From a bacterium (GTDB lineage Bacteria; Sysuimicrobiota; Sysuimicrobiia; Sysuimicrobiales; Kaftiobacteriaceae), in assembly GCA_036393975.1 (NCBI GenBank), contig DASWFZ010000098.1:1-61602 (forward strand): DNA of 61,602 nucleotides, in the 5' to 3' direction. The position numbers and the translations under genes were made by a program. Positions 18,636-28,164 of the stretch are shown piece after piece (the stretch's first letter is position 1; each line of letters begins with the position of its first letter). The notes beneath the pieces are model-generated. The model was given only the letters and a program-made list of their open reading frames with translations, did no database searches and was not told where the DNA came from.

Positions 18636-19493
18636 TCACGGGTCCCTCGGGGTAGGGCTCAGGCTAAACTGCTCGAGGATCCGGTGCGCGAGCGCGACGA
18701 GCGCCGCCACGGGGAGCAGTGATAGCGTGAGCGCCGCCGCGGCGTTGGACCATTCCAGTTCGCGCTCATACGTGTAGAAGTCGCTTAGAGCCACCGGGAT
18801 GGTCTTGACGTGATTCAGGGTAAGCGCCGTGGGCACCAGGAAGAGGTTCCAGTCGAGCACAAATACCAGCACGGCTGTGGCGGCGAGCCCCGGCGCCGCA
18901 GCGGGCAGGACGACCTTCCACACGATCTGGAAGAGCCGCGCTCCCTCCAGCTGTGCGATCTCCTCCAGCGACCTCGGCACCTGCTCCAGGTACCCATAGA
19001 GGATGTAAACCGCAAGCGGGGCGTACACTGCTGCTGATGCCAGGGCGACCCCGGCAAACGTGTCGCGGAGATGCCACTCGCGGGTGAAGTCGCTGAGCGG
19101 GATCACGTACGCCATCGCCGGCAGGCTGGCAAAGACCAGAAAGCTCTGTACGACCGCGCGTGTGCCCCTGAAGCGCCACCGCGCTAGGCTGTATGCGGCG
19201 AGGAAGGCGGTCCCAACCGTCAAGAGCGTGGCCGTGATCGACACGATGAGGCTCGTCGCGTACACTCGCGGGAAGCCGGGCACTTGGGTCATGACCTCCG
19301 CATAACTCTGTGCCGATGGCGGGAGCGTCCACGCGGGGGGCCATCCATTCGCCTCAGGTTTGATCTCAAACGAGGCCAGGAGAGTCCAGATGAGCGGAAC
19401 AATCAGCGCGAAGAGAACCACGCCCAGGAGCACCCGTCGGCCCCAGGCGTCTCTCCGCCGTTGAGCCCGCCAGCCGGCAGAGCGTTCCCTCAT
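18636..19493 (-). CDS. Carbohydrate ABC transporter permease (CUT1, MalG-like)
   Basis: Six-TM binding-protein-dependent transport permease. 4-nt overlap with the upstream permease gene. Confidence 0.8.
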   Translation of the reverse strand: MRERSAGWRAQRRRDAWGRRVLLGVVLFALIVPLIWTLLASFEIKPEANGWPPAWTLPPSAQSYAEVMTQVPGFPRVYATSLIVSITATLLTVGTAFLAAYSLARWRFRGTRAVVQSFLVFASLPAMAYVIPLSDFTREWHLRDTFAGVALASAAVYAPLAVYILYGYLEQVPRSLEEIAQLEGARLFQIVWKVVLPAAAPGLAATAVLVFVLDWNLFLVPTALTLNHVKTIPVALSDFYTYERELEWSNAAAALTLSLLPVAALVALAHRILEQFSLSPTPRDP

Positions 19494-20350
19494 CGCTCCG
19501 CCGTGGGGCGTACCAGAGCCAGGTACCCGAGTCCCAGGGGGATGGTGGCCACGACGATCAGCCAGGCCGACGCCACACCGAACGGCCAGTTATACGCGCG
19601 GAACGCCTGCTGGAAGCTGTAGAGAGCTGGCGTCAGAGTCTCGGACCCCGGGCCGCCCCCAGTCAGCACGAGCACGCTGTCAAACGTGCCGAGCGTGTCA
19701 CCGAGGAACAGCAGGGTAACCGTGAAGAGGAGCGGCCGCAGCGGGGGAAAGAGAATGTGGCGGATCCGGCTTCCGAGGGGGATGCCGTCGAGCATCGCGT
19801 GTTCCCACTGATCAGGCGGGACGGCCAGGACCCCCGGCAAGAGCAGGAAACTGGCCAGAGGGGCCTTCCGCCAGATCTCTGTCGCGATCACAGCCGCGAG
19901 TGCCCACCTGGGAAGGGCGAGCGGCGAAGGCATCGGCGGCTGTTGGAACCACGCCGCCGCATAGTTCAGCATCCCTACCGGTCCGTACAGAAAGTGCCAC
20001 ATCACGCCCACGGCGATCGGGCTCAGCAGCCAGGGGATGAGGAGGACGATCCGCACGAGCCCCCGGCCGCGGAATGGGACGCGAAGCGCGTAGGCGACCG
20101 CAAAACCGATCCCCAGCTCCAGAGGCACGGCGACCAGAGCGACGATCGCGATATTGCGAAAGGCGAGGCGGACCTCATCATTCCCCAGCACCGCCGCGTA
20201 GTTCCGAAGGCCGACAAGGGTGAGGTGCACCTGCGCGGGACCATAGTCCGTGAAGCTGGAGGCGAACCCGAACACCGCGGGCCAGAACAGAAACGGCAGC
20301 AAGAGAGCCGCGAGGGGAGCGAGCAGCAGGATGTGCTGGCGCGTCGTCAT
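19490..20350 (-). CDS. Carbohydrate ABC transporter permease (CUT1, MalF-like)
   Basis: Multi-pass permease (MTTRQHILLLAPLAALLLPFLFWPAVFGF ...). First gene of a two-gene minus-strand unit that has no SBP of its own. Confidence 0.8.
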   Translation of the reverse strand: MTTRQHILLLAPLAALLLPFLFWPAVFGFASSFTDYGPAQVHLTLVGLRNYAAVLGNDEVRLAFRNIAIVALVAVPLELGIGFAVAYALRVPFRGRGLVRIVLLIPWLLSPIAVGVMWHFLYGPVGMLNYAAAWFQQPPMPSPLALPRWALAAVIATEIWRKAPLASFLLLPGVLAVPPDQWEHAMLDGIPLGSRIRHILFPPLRPLLFTVTLLFLGDTLGTFDSVLVLTGGGPGSETLTPALYSFQQAFRAYNWPFGVASAWLIVVATIPLGLGYLALVRPTAER

Positions 20351-20540
20351 GCGGACCCTTTATGCCTCCCAGTGTTCTCCAACGTGGACAGGAACGCCTC
20401 CGGGGTCGTCGAACACTTTTTGTCGCTTCCCTCCACCACGTCGATGCTTGGTTGGGAGGTGAGAGCGCCTGCACTCGGGCTCCGGCACGGGCGTTCCAGG
20501 CAACATTACCGATCGTGATCGCAGGAAGAGGAGGCAGACG

Positions 20541-22055
20541 ATGGATCGGAGACGGCGCGCACGAAGGGTTCTTGGAAGTCTACTTGTTCTGGCCCTCGCT
20601 CTGAGCACAGGGTCTTTGATAACGCTGGCGGCGAGGGCGGCCATGCAGACACCGCAGGAGCTCCACGTTATCCAGTGGGACTTCCCGCCCAAGTTTAGCA
20701 ATGTGACCGTGAACGTTGTCGGCGACGCCGGCCACAACCTGGCGCCCTACGAGTTCTGGAAGGATCATTTTCCCAAGGCCGGCATCACAGTCAAGATTAT
20801 CGAGGTTCCGTTCGAGGGCGTGTATGAGAAGGAGAAGACCGAGTTTGTGGCAGGCTCCGGCGCCTTCGACGTTGTCACGTTCTTCCCAGCGTACATCGGT
20901 GACTTTGCCAGCAACGGGTACCTGGAGCCGCTGGACGAGTACATGAAGAAGCAGCCGGACAGCGTGTGGAACCCCCACCAGGAGGACGTGCTACCGCCGT
21001 TCCGCGAGCTGTACAACAAGTGGGCCGGGAAGACCTACGCGCTGACCATCGACGGTGACGCGCACTTGATGATCTACCGGAAGGACCTCTTCACGAACGC
21101 GGCCGAGAAGGCGGCGTTCAAGGCCAAGTACGGCAAGGAGCTGATGCCGCCGGAGACCTGGGAGGATTGGTTGCAGATCGGTGCGTTCTTCACACGCAAG
21201 AAGGGTGAGAAGCTGGCCGGCGAGACCCTTAAGCGCGATTTCTACGGCTCGGCGGAGTTCGCCAAGCGGGGGTTCTCGTTCGCCTGGTTCGTCGATCGCT
21301 GGGCGGCGAGCGGCGATCTCTACTTCGACGAGAACATGAAACCGCAGATCAACTCTCCTGCAGCCGTCAAGGCGCTGCAGAACTTCGTGGACAGCCTGAA
21401 GAATGCTCCGCCCGACGTACGGGCGTACGGCTACGATGAGCTGCGGGACGCGCTTTTGAAGGGCAACGTCGCCATGGTCGTGCAGTGGACCGACGTGCCC
21501 AAGAAGGGTGCCAATCCGGCAGAATCGCAGGTCGTCGGTAAGCTGGACTATGGCCGCGTCCCCGGGTGGCGCATCGGGGGCAAGGTCGTCCACCGGGCAA
21601 TGATGCCGGTGGGCCGCGTGGTGGCGGTGGCGTCGTCCAGCAAGAACAAGCTGGCCGCGTACTGGGTGGCCAAGCACATCGCCTACGATATGAGCCTGGA
21701 GGATGTCTCCACGGCGTTCACCGGGCTAGACGTCAACCGCGGCGTGCACTTTAGTCATCCGGAAGCGTACGTCGACTTCAAGAGCAAGGCTGAGGCGGCT
21801 GCCTACTTGGACCGCGTGAAGGAGGCGCTGGGGGACGGCTATCCCGAGATCTTCATCCCGGGCGCGGCGCAGTACGAGGATGCGCTGGACCTGCACGTGA
21901 ACAAGGCCCTGGCGGGGCAGGAGACGCCCAAACAGGCTCTGGACGCCGTGGTGCAGGAATGGAACGCGATCACCGATCGCCTCGGCCGACAGAAGCAGAT
22001 CGACCTGTGGCATCAGGCCCTCAATAGTTACAGGGTCGCGGGACTGATCAAGTAA
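20541..22055 (+). CDS. Extracellular solute-binding protein, family 1 (sugar ABC transporter SBP)
   Basis: Arg-rich signal MDRRRRARRVLGSLLVLALALSTGSLITLAARAA. AGGAAGAGGAGG RBS. 504 aa, typical CUT1 SBP size. Confidence 0.8.
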   Translation: MDRRRRARRVLGSLLVLALALSTGSLITLAARAAMQTPQELHVIQWDFPPKFSNVTVNVVGDAGHNLAPYEFWKDHFPKAGITVKIIEVPFEGVYEKEKTEFVAGSGAFDVVTFFPAYIGDFASNGYLEPLDEYMKKQPDSVWNPHQEDVLPPFRELYNKWAGKTYALTIDGDAHLMIYRKDLFTNAAEKAAFKAKYGKELMPPETWEDWLQIGAFFTRKKGEKLAGETLKRDFYGSAEFAKRGFSFAWFVDRWAASGDLYFDENMKPQINSPAAVKALQNFVDSLKNAPPDVRAYGYDELRDALLKGNVAMVVQWTDVPKKGANPAESQVVGKLDYGRVPGWRIGGKVVHRAMMPVGRVVAVASSSKNKLAAYWVAKHIAYDMSLEDVSTAFTGLDVNRGVHFSHPEAYVDFKSKAEAAAYLDRVKEALGDGYPEIFIPGAAQYEDALDLHVNKALAGQETPKQALDAVVQEWNAITDRLGRQKQIDLWHQALNSYRVAGLIK

Positions 22056-22072
22056 ACCGCGGAAGCAGGGAT

Positions 22073-22104
22073 AGGGGAGGGGCGGCGGTGACCGTTCCTC
22101 CCCT
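22073..22104 (+). other. Intercistronic hairpin between the SBP and permease genes
   Basis: AGGGGAGG - 16 nt - CCTCCCCT, an 8-bp perfect stem. SBP-distal hairpins are common in ABC operons, where they raise SBP transcript stability. Confidence 0.3.
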
Positions 22105-22125
22105 GCGCTGCGAGGCCTCCGGGAG

Positions 22126-23070
22126 ATGGGGACGAGAGTCGGCCGGGACGTGCTGGCGCCTCAGCCGGCGGGACGGGTCGCGCGGCGGTTCAGGCTGACC
22201 CCCGTGCTGATGGTGCTGCCGGCGGTTGTTGTGCTCTTGGCGATCACCGTCTTCCCTCTGGTTTCCACGCTCCGCCTGACCGTGATGTCGTGGGAACTCA
22301 CCACCGGGTTCCCACCGCAGTTTGTGGGACTCCAGAACTTCGCGAGGGCGTTCTTTCACGACCCCCGGTTCTGGAACGCGATGATGAACACCGGCATCCT
22401 GGTCGTCGTGGGCGTCGGGCTCCAGACCCTGATCGGGATGGGACTCGCCCTGGAGTTGCATCAGCTGGGCCGTCTCCGCACGTTCGTCCTCTCGCTGTTC
22501 TTGATCCCCGTGATGATCGCTCCGGTCATCGCCGGCTTCCAGTTCCGGATGATCTACAATGATCAGTTCGGCCCGCTGAACTACCTCCTGGACCAGTTCA
22601 CTGGAGGCCGCTTCCACGGGTACGCCTGGCTCGCCGACCCGCGCGTGGCGCTGGCGGCGGTGATGTTCACCGACGTCTGGCAGTGGACGCCGTTCATGAC
22701 GCTGGTCGTGCTGGCCGGGCTCCAGGCGATCCCGGCTGAACTCCTGGAAGCCGCCGAGGTTGACGGCGCCACCGGTCCCCAGACCCTCTGGCGCGTCATG
22801 CTTCCACTCTTGCTCCCGGTGATCGTCATCGGCGTCCTCGTGCGGTTCATGGACACCTTCAAGCTCTTCGACATCGTGTACCAACTGACCGCGGGCGGAC
22901 CGGGGAATGTGACTGAGACGATCGCCTACTACACGTACCTGGAAGGGTTCAAATTCTTCAGCCTGGGCTACACGTCGGCGCTGGCGTTCATCCAGCTCGT
23001 GGTCATTACGGTCGTCGCCCAGGTCTTCCTCCGGTACCAGAAGCGCGTGAGGGCGGGGATGGCGACTTGA
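22126..23070 (+). CDS. Carbohydrate ABC transporter permease (CUT1)
   Basis: Multi-pass permease with the conserved loop region LLEAAEVDGATGPQTLWRVMLPLL. Confidence 0.85.
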   Translation: MGTRVGRDVLAPQPAGRVARRFRLTPVLMVLPAVVVLLAITVFPLVSTLRLTVMSWELTTGFPPQFVGLQNFARAFFHDPRFWNAMMNTGILVVVGVGLQTLIGMGLALELHQLGRLRTFVLSLFLIPVMIAPVIAGFQFRMIYNDQFGPLNYLLDQFTGGRFHGYAWLADPRVALAAVMFTDVWQWTPFMTLVVLAGLQAIPAELLEAAEVDGATGPQTLWRVMLPLLLPVIVIGVLVRFMDTFKLFDIVYQLTAGGPGNVTETIAYYTYLEGFKFFSLGYTSALAFIQLVVITVVAQVFLRYQKRVRAGMAT

Positions 23071-23906
23071 GGAGACGCCCGCCCGGTCGCCGGTTGCTGA
23101 CCTTGGTGATCCTCATCGCGGCCCTCGCCGTCTTCTTGTTTCCGGTCGCGTGGATGTTCCTGACCTCGTTTAAGAGCAACCCGGAGTTTTTCGCCTATCC
23201 GCCCGTGTTCATCCCGAAGTCGTTCGCCCTCACCAACTACGTGAATGCCATGCCCTTCCCGCCCGACGGCCGCGGTGGGATACAGGGTGTTCGGGACAGC
23301 CTGATCATCTCGGTCGGCTCGATGGTGGCCTCCGTGCTGGTGGGCGCCCCGGCCGCCTACTCCTTCGCGCGGTTCCGCACGGGGGGCGAGAACCTCTCGT
23401 TCTGGGTTCTATCCACGCGCATGTTCCCGCCTGTGGCGTCGGCGTTACCGCTATTCTTGGTGTTCAAGGCGCTGCACCTCCTCGATACCCACTGGGCCCT
23501 GATCCTGGCGAACACGATCTTCAACCTGCCGTTTGTCATCTGGCTGCTCAAAGGGTTTTTTGAGGACCTGCCCGTGGAGTTGGAGGAGGCCGCGGTGATC
23601 GATGGCACGACTATCTTCGGGGCGTTCCGGCGCATCGCCCTGCCTCTCGTTGCGCCAGGCCTGGTCGTCACCGCGCTGTTCTCGTTCATCTTCACGTGGA
23701 ACGAGTTTATGTTCGCGCTGTTGTTCACCCGCCGGGATGTGCGCACGCTGACGATTATCGTGCCGAGCCTCGTGGGCGGGCACGAGATCCTGTGGGGCCA
23801 GGTCGCCGCGGTGGGGGTCGTGGCGATCATCCCCAACGTCCTCCTCGCCCTGCTCTTGCAGCGCTTCCTGGTCCGCGGCCTGACGCTGGGGGCGGTCAAG
23901 GGCTGA
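23067..23906 (+). CDS. Carbohydrate ABC transporter permease (CUT1)
   Basis: LEEAAVIDGTTIFGAFRRIALPLVAPG conserved loop. 4-nt overlap with the upstream gene. Confidence 0.85.
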   Translation: MRRRPPGRRLLTLVILIAALAVFLFPVAWMFLTSFKSNPEFFAYPPVFIPKSFALTNYVNAMPFPPDGRGGIQGVRDSLIISVGSMVASVLVGAPAAYSFARFRTGGENLSFWVLSTRMFPPVASALPLFLVFKALHLLDTHWALILANTIFNLPFVIWLLKGFFEDLPVELEEAAVIDGTTIFGAFRRIALPLVAPGLVVTALFSFIFTWNEFMFALLFTRRDVRTLTIIVPSLVGGHEILWGQVAAVGVVAIIPNVLLALLLQRFLVRGLTLGAVKG

Positions 23907-23991
23907 CGTAGAACGGCCCGTGAAGTCCTGATGTTGGGGCGTGCTGTGCGGGAGCGCCGCGGTGGATTGCTGGACGACAGGAGGGGGCTCG

Positions 23992-24324
23992 ATGGTGAAA
24001 CTGGTCGCCTTTCTCAAACGCAAGCCGGGGATGAGCAGGGAGCAGTTTGCCCGGCGCTGGGTCGAGTCACACGCGAAAATGGCCGCGCAGCTGCCGGGAC
24101 TGCGCGGGTACCGCATCAACATCGCCACCGCGTGCCAGCCGGAGGGGACCGATCCCGAACCGATCTACGATGGGACTGCGGAGCTGTGGTGGGACAGCAT
24201 CGACGCGATGGAGGCGGCGTTCGCGACAGACCTGGGGCAGCGCGCCGGCGCCGATGCTGATGAGTTTGCCTCGGTCCGCATCCACCTGTATACGACCGAG
24301 CACGTGATCGTCAAGAACCCATGA
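23992..24324 (+). CDS. EthD-domain protein (small dimeric alpha/beta-barrel)
   Basis: MVKLVAFLKRKPGMSREQFARRWVESHAKMAAQLPGLRGY ... is typical of EthD-family proteins. GGAGGGGG RBS lies upstream of the ATG at 23992. Confidence 0.65.
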   Translation: MVKLVAFLKRKPGMSREQFARRWVESHAKMAAQLPGLRGYRINIATACQPEGTDPEPIYDGTAELWWDSIDAMEAAFATDLGQRAGADADEFASVRIHLYTTEHVIVKNP

Positions 24325-25274
24325 CGGCGGGCGGTCCGATGAACGCCGGCCCAAAGATCTGCGTCGTCGGGTCGTCCAACATCGACCTAATCTCCCGCGT
24401 TCCCCGCCTGCCCAGGCTGGGCGAGACCCTCGTGGGACACTCCTTCCACCTGGGCTACGGCGGCAAGGGAGCCAACCAGGCGGTCATGGCGGCGAAGCTC
24501 GGCGCGCGGGTGACCATGGTCACACGGGTCGGGCGGGACGTCTTTGGCGAGGGGACGCTGCGAAACTACAGGGAGCAGGGTATCGACACCACCTACCTGC
24601 GGTTCGACGACGAACGTTTTTCCGGCGTGGCTCCAATCTTCGTGGACGACTCCGCGCAAAACGTGATCGTCATTATCCCGGGGGCGAATCTGGGGTTATC
24701 CCCTGCTGACGTGCAGGACGCCGGCCCGGCTCTCCGTGCTGCGGACGTGGTGGTCTGCCAGCTCGAGGTGCCGGTAGAGACGACGCTCGAGGCGTTCCGG
24801 ATCGCCAAATCCGCGGATGTGCGGACTATCCTCAACCCCGCCCCGGCGGCGCCATTGCCGGACGAGCTGCTGCGTCTTACCGATCTGTGCGTGCCGAACG
24901 AACCGGAAGCCGAGACGCTCACCGGACTCGCCGTGAGAACCGGTGAGGAGGTCGAAGCGGCGGCCCGGGCCCTCAGACTGCGCGGCCCGCGGGCGGTGAT
25001 CATCACCCTGGGGGAGCGGGGCGCTCTGTTCGCGGACGCAGGGATGGTGGAGTACGTCCCGCCGATCCGGGTCAACGCGGTGGACCCCACCGGCGCCGGT
25101 GACGCGTTCATCGGGAGCCTGGCCGTCTTCTGGGCGGAGGGGCTGTTAGTTCGGGAAGCGATTCGGCGGGCCAATGCGGTGGCGGCGTTTTCAGTGACAC
25201 GCATCGGCACACAGGTGTCGTTTCCTACACGGTCTGCCTCCGATGCGTTTCTCGCGCAGCAGGGGATCGTCTAG
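24321..25274 (+). CDS. rbsK: Ribokinase (PfkB family)
   Basis: GGKGANQA and DPTGAGDAF PfkB/ribokinase signatures. ATGA overlap with the EthD stop. Confidence 0.8.
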   Translation: MTAGGPMNAGPKICVVGSSNIDLISRVPRLPRLGETLVGHSFHLGYGGKGANQAVMAAKLGARVTMVTRVGRDVFGEGTLRNYREQGIDTTYLRFDDERFSGVAPIFVDDSAQNVIVIIPGANLGLSPADVQDAGPALRAADVVVCQLEVPVETTLEAFRIAKSADVRTILNPAPAAPLPDELLRLTDLCVPNEPEAETLTGLAVRTGEEVEAAARALRLRGPRAVIITLGERGALFADAGMVEYVPPIRVNAVDPTGAGDAFIGSLAVFWAEGLLVREAIRRANAVAAFSVTRIGTQVSFPTRSASDAFLAQQGIV

Positions 25275-25454
25275 GTGCCATTGTTCACATGTGGCGCGCC
25301 CGGCGGGAACGTGGGGTACCCCAGACCAAAGAGGTCGTTGCATCCCCCATACAGGAGGTGGTAGGAGTGGACGATCAGGCGGTAAGAAAGCCCCTGCTCA
25401 CCCTTCTAGAACCCGCATCTAACGCGGGGGGGCATGGCCGAAAGGAACAGATGC

Positions 25455-25496
25455 CTCCTAAGCCCCTGGTCGGGGGTTCGATTCCCTCCGGGCCCG
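25455..25496 (+). repeat. tRNA-Arg(CCU) 3'-half copy 2 (att-like direct repeat)
   Basis: CTCCTAAGCCCCTGGTCGGGGGTTCGATTCCCTCCGGGCCCG is followed by TCA instead of CCA. Scrambled pieces of the integrase-leader repeat (AAAGCCCCTGCTCACCC, AACCCGCATC) lie just upstream at 25388-25421. Confidence 0.8.
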
Positions 25497-25569
25497 TCAG
25501 CCTAATCCCTGCATCTATCAAGAATGACTGTGCGATGTGCTCTTCGAGATCTTCCGAGAGGACATTGCT

Positions 25570-25764
25570 CTAGCCGCTCGGCCTGTTCTTCTCGGGGGAG
25601 GGGGTCGATTTTTCCAGTTCGTTTTGCGTCTCGCGCAGAGCACCGCGGAACTCGCGAATCGCCTGCCCTAAGGCTCCTCCAAGCCCCGCTAACCGCTGAG
25701 GACCGAAGAGGATGAATGCCACGATGAGAATGATGACTAGCTCCGGCCATCCGACGCTCAACAT
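25570..25764 (-). CDS. tatA: Twin-arginine translocase subunit TatA/E
   Basis: 64 aa. N-terminal TM helix plus hinge and amphipathic helix (PELVIILIVAFILFGPQRLAGLGGALGQAIREFR), the canonical TatA pattern. Confidence 0.9.
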   Translation of the reverse strand: MLSVGWPELVIILIVAFILFGPQRLAGLGGALGQAIREFRGALRETQNELEKSTPSPEKNRPSG

Positions 25765-25855
25765 ACGTCACCCCTTTGGCTTGATTACACTGTTCATCTT
25801 CGAATTGCGGGACTCGGGACTGCACATCGCACGTCCCTGCTCCCGCCGCGTCGCG

Positions 25856-27016
25856 CTACGCCACAAACAATCCCGTGAAGTACATGATGAGGAGTCCCGC
25901 TGCGAATCCGGCCACCTGATACCCGATAGCTGATCGCTCGCCGATGATCCACTTTACGAGTTCGTAGACGACTTGGAAGATGGCGCCGGCACCAATAGCT
26001 AGAAAGAGCGTGGCCACGATCGGTGAGTAGACGAGGCCGCCGATTAGGGCACCCAGAATCGTTGGGACCCCGGCCACCGCGCCGAGCACCGCCAGCGTGC
26101 CCGGCGCCGGCCGATCCCGCGCGACAGGCGCCACGATCCCCAGGCCTTCCGTGGTGTTGTGGAGCGTAAACCCCAGCACCAGAAATGTCCCAAGGGCCAC
26201 CTTGCCCAAGCTGTACGCCGACCCGATTGCCAGCCCCTCCCCCAAGTTGTGCAGGCCGATCCCGACCGCGATCAGAAATGCGAGGGCAAACCGACGCTGC
26301 ACGGCGTCACCGCCGGCGGACGCCCTGCGGCTGACGGCGATCAGCAGCAGCACGGTCAGAACGACCCCGACCAGCACCAGCGCCACTCCCTGGAATGCGG
26401 GCGGCAACGTGCCGGCGACCTCAAGCGCCTCATGGACGGCTTCTACTCCGAGAAACAGGAGTAGGCCGGCGGTGAGGCTGAGGAAGAAGGCGATCCACCG
26501 CTGGTTTAGTTCGCGCAGAAACGGGAACCACAGTAGCCCCAGCAGGACGGGGATAACGCCGACGTAGATGCCCAGCAAGGTGAACGTGGTCAGATAGCGG
26601 GCATCGACTGTCGGCGTGGCCGTGGCAACCTCCACCGTGTGCTCAAACGCGACCCCCGTGGACGTCAGGATCTTGATGTGGTGCGCCTCCCCCTGCACCC
26701 ACGGGTACCCGACGGTGATGGTGGCTCGCCCCAGCCTCGACACAGTGGCGCGAGGTTCCATCGTGAACTGCCAGTATGCGTCGTCGACCAAAACCTGAGC
26801 CACGGTTACAGTCTGAGGACCTCCATTGGTCACATGGATGACCATCGTCCCCGGGTTCAGCGTGACGCGATCGATGGTGAGCTGCTCTACCGGGGGAAAC
26901 GCTGCCACAAACACGCCCAGTGGGCCGAACCGCATCAGGACGCCCACCAAGCCGAGGAGCAGAAGAAGGGGGATGAGCGCCCACATCCAGCGGCGGGCGC
27001 GGCTAGATCCCGGCAT
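25856..27016 (-). CDS. ZIP-family divalent metal transporter with an extra N-terminal extracytoplasmic domain
   Basis: ZIP/ZupT motifs GIGLHNLGEGLAIG and HNTTEGLG in the C-terminal ~250 aa. The first ~140 aa are a signal-anchor plus a beta-rich domain. The start overlaps the MCO stop by 14 nt. Confidence 0.75.
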   Translation of the reverse strand: MPGSSRARRWMWALIPLLLLLGLVGVLMRFGPLGVFVAAFPPVEQLTIDRVTLNPGTMVIHVTNGGPQTVTVAQVLVDDAYWQFTMEPRATVSRLGRATITVGYPWVQGEAHHIKILTSTGVAFEHTVEVATATPTVDARYLTTFTLLGIYVGVIPVLLGLLWFPFLRELNQRWIAFFLSLTAGLLLFLGVEAVHEALEVAGTLPPAFQGVALVLVGVVLTVLLLIAVSRRASAGGDAVQRRFALAFLIAVGIGLHNLGEGLAIGSAYSLGKVALGTFLVLGFTLHNTTEGLGIVAPVARDRPAPGTLAVLGAVAGVPTILGALIGGLVYSPIVATLFLAIGAGAIFQVVYELVKWIIGERSAIGYQVAGFAAGLLIMYFTGLFVA

Positions 27017-28133
27017 TGTCCGTTACCTCAAACAGACCCATCCAGCCCAGCTCGGTGAACTCAGTCTGATGCGCATGGAACATGAACCGCCCCGCGAACG
27101 GGAACCGCACTTCCAACACTGCTCGTTCCGCCTGGCAGAGCATGATGGTGTCCGTGTACTCCGACGGCGTCAGTGACGTTCCGGTGCGGTACGTGTGGAA
27201 GAAGTTGCCATGGATGTGGATAGAGTTGATGGGATCAAACTCCGTCAGGTTCACCAGGTAGATGCGGACCAGAGTGTTGCGCGTCACTCGGATTGGATGC
27301 TTCGCATAGTGAAACGCGATGGAGTTGACGGCGTAGAAATCGTTCTTGGCGTCAAAGTTGGTGTCGAAGCCGTTCATCACCAAGACTAGCTCTTGCGCCG
27401 GCGGCCGACCCTGTTGCGGGTCGATGATAAACACCCCATACAGCCCCTTGTGGATGTGCCGTTTCAGCGGCAGCGCGTGACAGTGGTACAGGTGTAGGCC
27501 GAATGGAATCGCGTTAAATTCATAAGTAAATGTCCCACCCGGTTGAATCTCCCCGGGGCCGACGCCTGGTACTCCATCCATCTCTGACTTGTGGATCCCG
27601 TGGAAGTGCAGCGTGTGCGGGTGCGTGCCCGCGTTCACGAAGTGCACCCGCACTCGATCCCCCTCGCGCACGCGAAGCGTCGGACCGGGCACTGTGCCGT
27701 TGAAGGTCCACGCCGGGAAGAACACCCCGGGGGCGATCTCGATCTCGCGGTCGTAGGCGATGATCCTGAACTCCCGTTGCGTCCGGCCGTCCGGCAGTGT
27801 GCTCACTGTTCCGGTATCAAAGTGGGTGAGGTAGGTGAGTGGATCGAAGCCCAGGCGCTTGGTGTCCACATCACCGACGGTGAGATTGCCTCGATGCGCC
27901 GCTTCATGCGAACTGGTGTGCCCGCTGGAGGTCACCCGCGGCGTGGCGACCCCTAGCGCCGGGGCCGCAGCGGCAAAAGCAATGCTGCCGACCACACCGG
28001 CTCCGGCTCGCAAGAACTCCCGCCGGGTTGCATTACCATTTTGGGATGCTGGCGATGAAGGTCGAGGAAACCGCAATCTTGGGAGAAGACCAACGACACG
28101 TGCAACCAAGCATCGAAGGGCTCGGGCATTCAT
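27003..28133 (-). CDS. Two-domain multicopper oxidase, Tat-exported
   Basis: Twin-arginine signal TRREFLRAGAGVVGSIAFAAAAPALG. Copper-ligand motifs HTLHFHG, HLYHCH...H, HIHGN and FHAH. GGGAG RBS lies 7 nt before the ATG at 28133. Confidence 0.8.
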   Translation of the reverse strand: MNARALRCLVARVVGLLPRLRFPRPSSPASQNGNATRREFLRAGAGVVGSIAFAAAAPALGVATPRVTSSGHTSSHEAAHRGNLTVGDVDTKRLGFDPLTYLTHFDTGTVSTLPDGRTQREFRIIAYDREIEIAPGVFFPAWTFNGTVPGPTLRVREGDRVRVHFVNAGTHPHTLHFHGIHKSEMDGVPGVGPGEIQPGGTFTYEFNAIPFGLHLYHCHALPLKRHIHKGLYGVFIIDPQQGRPPAQELVLVMNGFDTNFDAKNDFYAVNSIAFHYAKHPIRVTRNTLVRIYLVNLTEFDPINSIHIHGNFFHTYRTGTSLTPSEYTDTIMLCQAERAVLEVRFPFAGRFMFHAHQTEFTELGWMGLFEVTDNAGI

Positions 28134-28164
28134 CTGGATCTCCCTGACTTTAGCCTCAAATAAA

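Larger units (their letters stand above)
17833..25496. mobile_element. Putative integrated island B (7.7 kb) with a decayed integrase at its tRNA-proximal end
   Basis: Bounded by tRNA-Arg 3'-half copies 1 and 2. An integrase pseudogene starts 84 nt after copy 1, which is the canonical tRNA-int arrangement. Confidence 0.55.

Noticed and set aside
22048-22884. A 278-aa minus-strand ORF rich in H/E/D/R, opposite the CUT1 permease gene.
   Set aside because: It is an antisense shadow of a well-supported permease. Its low-complexity charged composition has no RBS or family signature.
25421-25496. The possibility that att copy 2 is a complete tRNA pseudogene.
   Set aside because: No GGGCCCG acceptor 5' strand or D arm can be found upstream of the anticodon-loop match. 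Only the 3' half is conserved.
27003-28133. A copper-containing nitrite reductase (NirK) call for the Tat-exported cupredoxin protein.
   Set aside because: The ligand pattern is HxHG / HCH...H / HxHG / HxH, which is typical of two-domain multicopper oxidases. It does not match the NirK C-x-P-x-G-M-V-P-W-H pattern.
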